Positions 55,488 to 64,000 of a stretch of 64,000 nucleotides of DNA are shown here, one piece after another. The number at the start of each line of letters is the position of its first letter. Positions within the stretch are counted from its first letter, which is position 1. The position numbers were made by a program, and so were the translations under genes. This stretch comes from Eledone cirrhosa (taxonomy: Eukaryota), in the NCBI GenBank assembly GCA_964016885.1, contig OZ024741.1, positions 131,998,001 through 132,062,000 of the forward strand, read 5' to 3'. The notes under the pieces were generated by a model. That model was not told the origin of the DNA and did not search any database. It saw only the letters and a program-made list of their open reading frames with translations.

Positions 55488-55672
55488 TTGGCAGTATCGG
55501 TAGAGCATCGTACACCCTTCTTCACAGCATAGAGTTGCGGTCATTTACATTCTGAGTACAAATGCAACCAAGGTTAACTTTGCCTTTCGTCCTTACGGGA
55601 TAGATGAAATAAAGCACCAGTAATGCACCGAGGTCGATTTAATTGATAAAATTGTAAATCAGAAATCATTAT
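55488..55672 (+). mobile_element. Older Meta-domain SINE
   Basis: Diverged head and core. Confidence 0.82.
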
Positions 55673-55686
55673 TTCTTTATTGGCTA

Positions 55687-56480
55687 CTAGCTCCATATTT
55701 CCATACTAGGTCACTGAAGCTCCCCAGTTCGATACTGTGCCACCCTAGCTCCGCAGTGCCATAATGCGGTACCCTAGCTTCAATGTCCCATATTTTCCTA
55801 CACTATTTCCCTTTTAACATAGGGGGTCACCCTAGCTCCATATTCCATACTGTGTCACTGAAGTTCATCAGTTCCATAGTGTGCAATACTAGCTCCGCAA
55901 TGCCATAGTTAGCTTGAAATCCCATATTTTCTTACAGTGTCTCCCCGTTGGCATAGAGGGGCCACCCGAGCTCCATATTTCTATACTATGTCACTGAAGC
56001 TCACCAGTTGCATAATGTGCCACCCTGGCTTCGCTGTGCCATGGTGCAGCAGCCTAGATTGAAAGTGCCATATTTTCTTATACTATATCCCCATTGCCAT
56101 AAGAGGTCACCCTTACTCCATATTTCCATACTGTGTCACTGAAGCTTCCCAGTTCCATAGTGTGCCGCCCTAGCTCTGCAGTGCCATAGTGCGGCACACT
56201 AGCCCCGAAGTGCCGTATTTTGCCTTTCTATCTCCCCATTGTCATAGGGGCTCACCCTAGCTCCATATTTCCATACTATGTCACTGAAACTCCCCTGCTT
56301 CATGGTGTGCCACCCTGTTCCGCAGTGCCATAGTGCGCACGCTAGCTTCAAAGGGCCATATTTTCCATACTATCTTCTTATTTCCACAGGGGTGACCCTA
56401 GCTCCGATGTGCCGTATTTTACCACCCTATCTCCCCATTGCCATATTTTACCATCCTATGTTCCCAGGGCCATACTGTCC
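55687..56480. repeat. Tandem satellite, ~145-bp monomer, ~5.5 diverged copies
   Basis: Monomer starts (CTAGCTCCATATTT-like) at ~55687, 55832, 55967, 56112, 56257, 56398. Confidence 0.9.
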
Positions 56481-56843
56481 CTTAACAGAATCTTAAGTCG
56501 ATGATGATGATGTTGATGGTGATGATGATGATGATGATGTTGATAGTGATGATGATGATGATGATTATGATGATGATGATGTTGTTATGGATGAAAACGA
56601 AGATGATGGTGATGATGGTGATGATGATAAGGATGATGTTGATGATAATGATGATGATGATAATCATTTACTCATCAGTTTATTCTCTTTTAGAGATACA
56701 TACACTCACATTTTTATTTCTGCTTGCCTTTTATATGTATTCAAGTTTGCACACACAAATCTTCTCCCTCATCAGCTCTCAAACAAGCAAAATGGTTTCG
56801 CACGATTTAATTCACACACACTCACACACACACACACATATGT

Positions 56844-56910
<67 letters not shown>

Positions 56911-56913
<3 letters not shown>

Positions 56914-58183
56914 CCAATCTTTGCTCCCAAATACAGGAAGCCCTCAACCAATTCTAGCGGCTTCCCGTCTACATTAGTGATCCCCTCTGGCTTCTCAACA
57001 TTCTCTACCAGATATTTTGTTTTAGTCTCATTCATCCTCAGCCCCACACTCATCGACACAGTCTCAACCTCCCGCATCAAATCCTCTGCCTCCTTCACTG
57101 TATTTGTCACCAAAACTATGTCGTCGGCAAATTCAGCATCCGATACCTTTTTCGCCCTAACTCTCCTGCTCTGAGCTGGTGCTACAGTAAAGCCAGAGTC
57201 CTGGTGTTTCTCCAGTGCAAGGCGCATACAATAGTCCACTACGATGATAAAAAGGTAGAGAGCCAATGTATCTCCCTGGAGCACTCCAGCCAGTATCTCA
57301 AAGAACTCTGTCATCCCATCAAGTGTAATGACTTGGGCTTTGGTGTTGGTGTAGAGCAGTGATATCAGGTCCACTATCTTCTTGGGGATTCCATAAGCCT
57401 GTAAGATCTTCATCAGGCAGTAACGGTCCACAAAATCAAAGGCCTGCCTAAAGTCAATGAAAACCATGACCGCAGGAAGGCACTTTGCTCTAGCTCCCTC
57501 TAATATCCTCCTCAGCATCAGGATGTGACTGGTGGTTGATCTACCCTCTCTGAAGCCGTTCTGGTTGTCCCTGAGCTTCTTCTCCATCTCAGGCTGGATC
57601 CTGTTAAGAATCATCCTGTTGAGGGTCTTTTCCACAAGTGACGTCAGTGACGGAAGATGATGTGGTTGAGAGGAAGAGCAAGGCCTGGGCGGCGTGCCAC
57701 AGTTTGAGATCGGTGTGGAAGTCGGACCTTCGTAGAGACCTGAAAATCCGCCTCTTCATTGCTGTAGTGGAGTCTGTGATGCTGTATAGGTCTGAGACTT
57801 GGACACTGACCAAGAAACTCACTCAAATGATGGATGGGTGCTACACGAGAATGCTGAGGTGGCTCTGAACATTAATCAGTATACACTGAGGATGAAAAAC
57901 TCAAAGCTGTATGGGAGCATCCCAAAAGTCAGCTCAAAAGCGACACAGAGGAGACTGAGGTTAGCTGGACATGTTCACCGACATCCAGAGTTGACATTGC
58001 ACTCAGTACTCCTTTGGGAGCCCCTACATGGACACACTAGAAGAGGAAGACCAAGGTTAACGTATGTTGATGCCCTAAGGACAGACACTGGTCTGTTGGA
58101 GACGCAGGACATGGCAGCGATAATGAGGGACAGAGACCGCTGGAGAGAACTCGTCCATGGATCTCGGGAATTTTACCCGCCTT

Positions 58184-58185
<2 letters not shown>
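56911..58185. mobile_element. RTE-like LINE with 5' inversion (56911-57635 minus, 57636-58185 plus), inserted in (TA)n
   Basis: NQNGFREGRST, FIDFRQAFD, GVLQGDTLA, FADD, YLGAKI on minus; KAWAAC, ETWTLT, RRLRLAGH, RRGRP on plus. Confidence 0.92.
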
Positions 58186-58246
<61 letters not shown>

Positions 58247-58252
<6 letters not shown>

Positions 58253-58403
58253 CATACTGAGCTTTGTGGAAAAGTTGAAACGCTGTTCGATTTTTTTTTT
58301 TCGCAGTAGAATTTTCACCATCCCCCTTCCTTCGTTTTAACTTTCTCATCTCACGAGCGGACTGACACACGGACAGACACAATTCGACTTTTATTTATAT
58401 AGA
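58247..58403 (-). mobile_element. Helitron-like 5' end fragment
   Basis: Minus strand A|TCTATATAAATAAAAGTCGAATTGTGTCTGTCCG, resembling the start at 590. Confidence 0.5.
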
Positions 58404-58439
58404 TATGTAAAAAAAATGTGAAAAGGTAGCAATTAACAG

Positions 58440-59617
58440 AAAATAAATAGCAACAAAATTCCCCAAAAACGGGGAGTACTACCCAGGTTTATTTTAGGAA
58501 GCCAAAATATCCGAAACAACCTTAATCCCAAAGAGCACACTAGGAAGCTGCTTCTTTCTTCTTTGAACATGTGCATGCTCAGAATTGTCCCTTTCACTCA
58601 GGCCATCCTCGCTACATTGATCCACATTATAACAATGTACTGCCTTGGGGCAGCACTTCCCTATCCATCTTCACCTACCTTTCCAAGTGGAACACGAAAA
58701 GGTTGATGAGGGCTTAGGGAAAGTATTTGCCTTCAGTCCTTTAAGTCGCGTCCACCACACAGTTTCTTTCGCTGCAGTCACCAGAGATAGAGAAACTACC
58801 TGCACTTCCCAGCCAAAAGAATATTGTGGAACGATCTTCACGATGGAATCGGCTAATAGCTGGATCCGTTGTACACGTGACAACAGCTGTTCGACAAAAC
58901 TACACATGTCAGTAATGCCCAGGCACTGAAGGAGTCCCTGAAGAAAGGTTTCGTCGCTCTCCACGCATTTCGGACAGGTCCGTCTGACAGCACTTCTGTG
59001 CTTAGAGAGTTTATTTCGAACTGACATTGCCTACGTGTAGCACTGCAAGCCAGGGATTTCAGGAAATTATCCATAGGTCCCTGACAGAAAGTCCTCTGGA
59101 ACATACTAGTTAGTTCATTCTTGTCGACGCCTAGAGTCTCCCTGAAAACGTCAGCGCATTTGCCAACACCCCACCACCACCACCACACTAGTCCTCTATA
59201 GGAATCCAGAGTAGAATTTTCACTGACAACAATGCTCGATTGACAAAGGGCTGTGGTTGTCTGACAACATTCGAGATGCCAGGCGCCCAATCTCGGTCTC
59301 CGTTTGATCCACGAGTACAGCTAGTCAAAACTGCGGAAAGAGATGCCTCACACCTGTTCACCGTTTAGGAATATTTGAGGATGCCGAAGACTCAGCACAT
59401 GTTTGCGCATCATCAGGCACGGTCTATCCAGCCTTCCGAGTAAGGAAGTTGGCAGCAAATGAACCACCTGGCCAGTGAAACCTGTTCCTTCCACACGTGA
59501 AAGAGCAGGCGCTCTAATCTAGTAAGGCCCGGACTAGGGCAAGGCACAACAGTCAGGTAGGAATAGATGATGAAAGCAACCGACCAACATTTCAGAGATA
59601 GCTTCCTTTCGGCCAAA
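58440..59617 (-). mobile_element. Degenerate 3' fragment of a Tx1-A-related LINE
   Basis: AERKLSLK, GAWHLECCQ, MDNFLKSLA, RRTCPKCVESDET, WWTRLKGLK with many frameshifts. Confidence 0.9.
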
Positions 59618-59732
59618 TTTCTAGGTTTTAATTTACTTCTTTAATAACCCTTCATGAAAATGAAGTCATGAGTTATAAAAGGTAACAGTGCTATGTACAC
59701 TGTAAAAAAAGGGCATTATGTATGGGATGATC

Positions 59733-59770
<38 letters not shown>

Positions 59771-59773
<3 letters not shown>

Positions 59774-60459
59774 AAAGATGAATATAAAATGAAAGTGCTT
59801 TTATAAAGGAATTTATTAGGTATTGACATATGTTTCTGTAACAGACGGAATACCTATGTATTGCTGCTTGCGTAATCATATAATGTTAGCAAGTATTCGA
59901 TAGCAAATGTATAATCAGTTGTCACTTCTTCAGAGATACTGGATAAATTGGAAAAAATCAGAAAAATTAAAGTATTTATATTAGTTGTAAGAAAGGAAGA
60001 AGAGAAGGGATAGTATATGACAGATGGCAATTCAATTTACTGGTCAACAAGTATATAGAAGGTTTCTAATGAGAATACAATGAGTATATGGCTTATTTTA
60101 TCTAAATAAGAATTTTTGGGAATGCCTATTTTAATCTATACTTGACCAATTGAACAATGGACAGGGTTGGTCATATACTATCCCCTCTCCTCTTCCTTTC
60201 TTACAACTAATATAAATACTTCAATTTTTCTGATTTTTTCCAATTTATCCAATTTATTCAATTTATTCCATTTTTTCAAATTTATCTAATTTATCTCTGA
60301 AGAAGTGACAACTGATTATACATTTGCTATCGAATACTTGCTAACATTATAAGATTACGCAAGCAGCGATACATAGGTATTCCGTCTGTTACAGAAACAT
60401 ATGTCAATACCTAATCAATTCCTTTATAAAAGCACTTTCATTTTATATTCATATTTTCT
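59771..60459. repeat. Foldback: arms 59771-60021 and 60170-60459, 148-nt spacer
   Basis: Reverse-complement identity; right arm has an expanded CAATTTAT micro-repeat. Confidence 0.93.
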
Positions 60460-60548
60460 ACATTTTCTCCGGAATATAATTTATACACGTACGCTGTTCA
60501 TCTCTAACGTGACGATATATTATCACTACATTATTGATAACTTGAAAT

Positions 60549-60600
<52 letters not shown>

Positions 60601-60925
60601 GGCGGACTAGAACGAAAACTTGTTGACGAAGTAAATTCCACTGTTCTATCTTCCAAAACCAATAACTTGCAGGCCCCTGCAAGTGGATTTTGTTGATTTC
60701 GGATTTACAGAAACCTAGCAGAGATATTATATATTATATGTTATATATATTATATATTATATATTATATGTTATGTATGGTGTCAACGCGACGGTCCAGG
60801 TTTGTCATATTTTCCTGAGTTCAGTTTTTTTCGTCGCCTTGGTCACTGCGGCTCGCCTATTATATATATATATATTTTGTATATATATATATGAAATGAT
60901 TCGAGACTCCGACGGATGAGCTCTG

Positions 60926-60980
<55 letters not shown>

Positions 60981-61030
60981 ATCGTATGCGTAGGTTGTAG
61001 AGAAAATGTGTATATACATATGTATGTATA

Positions 61031-61080
<50 letters not shown>

Positions 61081-61400
61081 CTATAATCCAGTCACACAAA
61101 AATCGATGATTAAACACGGGACTGTTGTCCTACGTTATATATTCAATATATTTTCACCACCTCTCTCTCTCTCTCTGTAGCTAACTACCTGTTTATCAGT
61201 CGTTACATCCTATCTCTTCCACCCTCATTCCCTCTCTCTTATTTTCAACACCAAATATTACTCAGATTCTCCTAGACTAGCTATCTGTCTCCATATTTAT
61301 ATATCCATCTAGTAATCTGTCTGTCTGTCTGTCTATTTATCTTTTAATCCATCGCATTCAGTCTGTCTTTCAGTATTTTCAATCTCTCTGCCTATCTGTT

Positions 61401-61470
<70 letters not shown>

Positions 61471-61475
<5 letters not shown>

Positions 61476-61576
61476 AGGGTCCTGACTCATTTCTTATTAC
61501 CCACTCTACTACCCTAAGTATTGAGTACTCTTGTGAGTTATCGTCCACCTGGTATCTTACCCCACCCTCTTTGTTA
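61471..61576 (-). mobile_element. Family X short repeat in (TA)n
   Basis: TCTACTACCCTAAGTATTGAGTACTCT is the reverse complement of the family core. Confidence 0.65.
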
Positions 61577-61710
61577 TATATATATGTATATATATATATA
61601 TATGTATATGTATATATATGTATGTATATATATATATATATGTGTATGTATATATATATACATATATATATATATATACATATATACATATACATATATA
61701 TACATATACA

Positions 61711-61780
<70 letters not shown>

Positions 61781-61881
61781 TTAGATATTTAAGTGTTTAT
61801 TTATTGATCTACATCTCTCTATCTCTTTCAATCAATCTATTTATTTATTTATCAACCTCTCTGTGTTCCCATATATCTTTA

Positions 61882-62570
61882 TGTGTGTGTATGTATGTAT
61901 GTGTGTATGATTGTATGTGTGTGTATGTATGTATGTGTGTATGTATGTATGTATGTATGTATGTATGTATGTATGTGTGTATGTATGTATGTATTTATGT
62001 GTGTATGTATGTGTGTATGTATGTATGTATGTATGTATGTATGTATGTATGTATGTGTGTATGGATGTATTTATGTCTGTATGTATGTGTGTATGCATGT
62101 ATGTATTTATGTATGTATGTATGTATGTATGTATGTGTGTATGGATGTATTTATGTCTGTATGTATGTGTGTATGTATGTATATATGAAAGATGTATGTA
62201 CGTGTCTATGTATGTATGTATGTGTGTATGTATGTGTGTATGTATGTGTGTATGTATGTATATATGCAAGATGTATGTACGTGTCTATGTATGTATGTAT
62301 GTGTGTATGTGTGTATGTATGTGTGTATGTAGGTGTGTATGTATGTATGCATGTATATAAGCAAGATGTATGTACGTGTGTATGTATGTATGTATGAATG
62401 TATGTATGTATGTATGTATGTATGTATGTATATGTGTATGTAGGTGTGTATGTATGTATGCATGTATATATGCAAGACGTATGTACGTGTGTATGTATGT
62501 ATGTATGTATGTATGTATGTATGTATGTATGTATGTATGTGTATGTATATGTGTATGTATGTGTGTGTAT
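61882..62570. repeat. (TATG)n array with recurrent CAAGATGTATGTACGTGT variants
   Basis: Directly visible. Confidence 0.96.
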
Positions 62571-62917
62571 TCCTGTCTTTTGTTCATGTGACAGACCTGG
62601 ATAATGTATTTTTTACTCATTCCTTCTCTCCCCCTTTTTCTCTCCTATGTCTCTCTCTCTATATTGTCTCTCTTTCTCTTCCTTTCATATTCCTACCTCT
62701 CAATTTCCTTTGTTTCCCTTTACACACACACTCATATTCACACACACACACACACACATACTTACACACATACACATACATACACACACACTCCCACACA
62801 CATACTTACACACACGCACGCACACATACACAGGAGCACGCACACTCACATACACAACAAGTCACTTCACAGGAACACACAACGAACAACACATGATACA
62901 GTAATGCATAGAAGCAT

Positions 62918-62959
<42 letters not shown>

Positions 62960-63179
62960 CATACACATACACGAAGCCTGCATATTCAAACACGCACTGG
63001 CACAACTCATAAAACGCACACATATATGCACGCATATACACAAATATATACATATGAAATAGACATACACACACACATGCAGATGTAAGCACATGTATAT
63101 AGATACAGGCATACACATACAACACGCAACACATACACATATAGGTATGAGACATTACAAAGCCTTACATGAATAATTC

Positions 63180-63970
63180 CAGCTTCATCACAACCTCACG
63201 TGCATCACCGACAACACTATCAACAACAACACCACTACTGGCGACAACGCCGACACCACCATCTTCACTACCATCATCACCATCGCCACCAATAACAGCG
63301 AAAACATTGGCACTACCACTAACGCCACTGTCGCTACCTTCGCCACCATTACCAGCGTAACCAGACCAACAAACATCATTCTCACCACCAACACCAACAC
63401 TACAACCACCATCATCCCCCCACCAGAACCCTCTCACCCTCATCTACATCATCACTTCCGCCATCTCAATATAGACCTCCACCGCTGCCATCATCTCCTC
63501 CACCGTCCCAGCATCACAACAAATACCACCACACCGCCATCAACAACACAACCATCATCACAACTACCAGCCCAAGCCATCCGAACACACTTCATTCCAT
63601 CATGATCATCCACCATCAACCCCCCCCCCCCCCCCAATCAGTCAAAACAACGACCACCACCATCACCGCCACCACAAATGCCATCACAATAAACAACAGC
63701 CTCCCCACCACCCTCCTAGGCCAACCTAACACACACTAACACCTCACCATCGTTCACCATCACACCCCCATCTCAACAAACACCATCAAAACAATGGCCA
63801 CCACCATCATCACCACCACCAATACCATCACAAGCATCACTAGCCTCACCACTTCACCTTTACCCTCTCCTAAACCATCTCTCCCACCATCACTCCCACC
63901 ATCAAAATAAAGGCTACCACCGACATCATCAACACCTACCCCTCAAACGCCATACCCAAACCCCTACCAC
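63180..63970. repeat. Degenerate (ACC/ATC)-rich low-complexity tract
   Basis: C/A-rich triplet periodicity. Confidence 0.75.
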
Positions 63971-64000
63971 TTTCTAGGTCTCCCTATTCACATCTCTCTC

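Noticed and set aside
56720-56785. CTGATGA on minus followed by a hairpin (also CTGACGA at ~19600)
   Set aside because: No properly placed GAAA, NUH or stem I

Overview
Eukaryotic, repeat-saturated DNA with no recognisable host gene. Microsatellite load and SINE types suggest a mollusc, probably an octopus-like cephalopod (inference). Most track ORFs are translated microsatellites. Retroelements present: an intact Tx1/L1-clade LINE (48852-54650), a near-intact second Tx1 family (33530-39297), R4/Dong-type RLE LINEs, CR1-like and RTE-like fragments, Penelope-like (GIY-YIG) pieces and about 25 Meta-domain tRNA-derived SINEs. Helitron ends and MITEs also occur. Four main observations: (1) about ten minimal hammerhead ribozyme motifs of about five families, mostly outward-facing inverted pairs next to (TA)n; (2) a candidate Tx1/MetaSINE partnership with a shared 3' tail and ATTAT target; (3) a ~1.5 kb inverted duplication showing both empty and filled insertion sites; (4) different retroelements occupying different microsatellite motifs. 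All alignments and folds were done by eye and boundaries are approximate.
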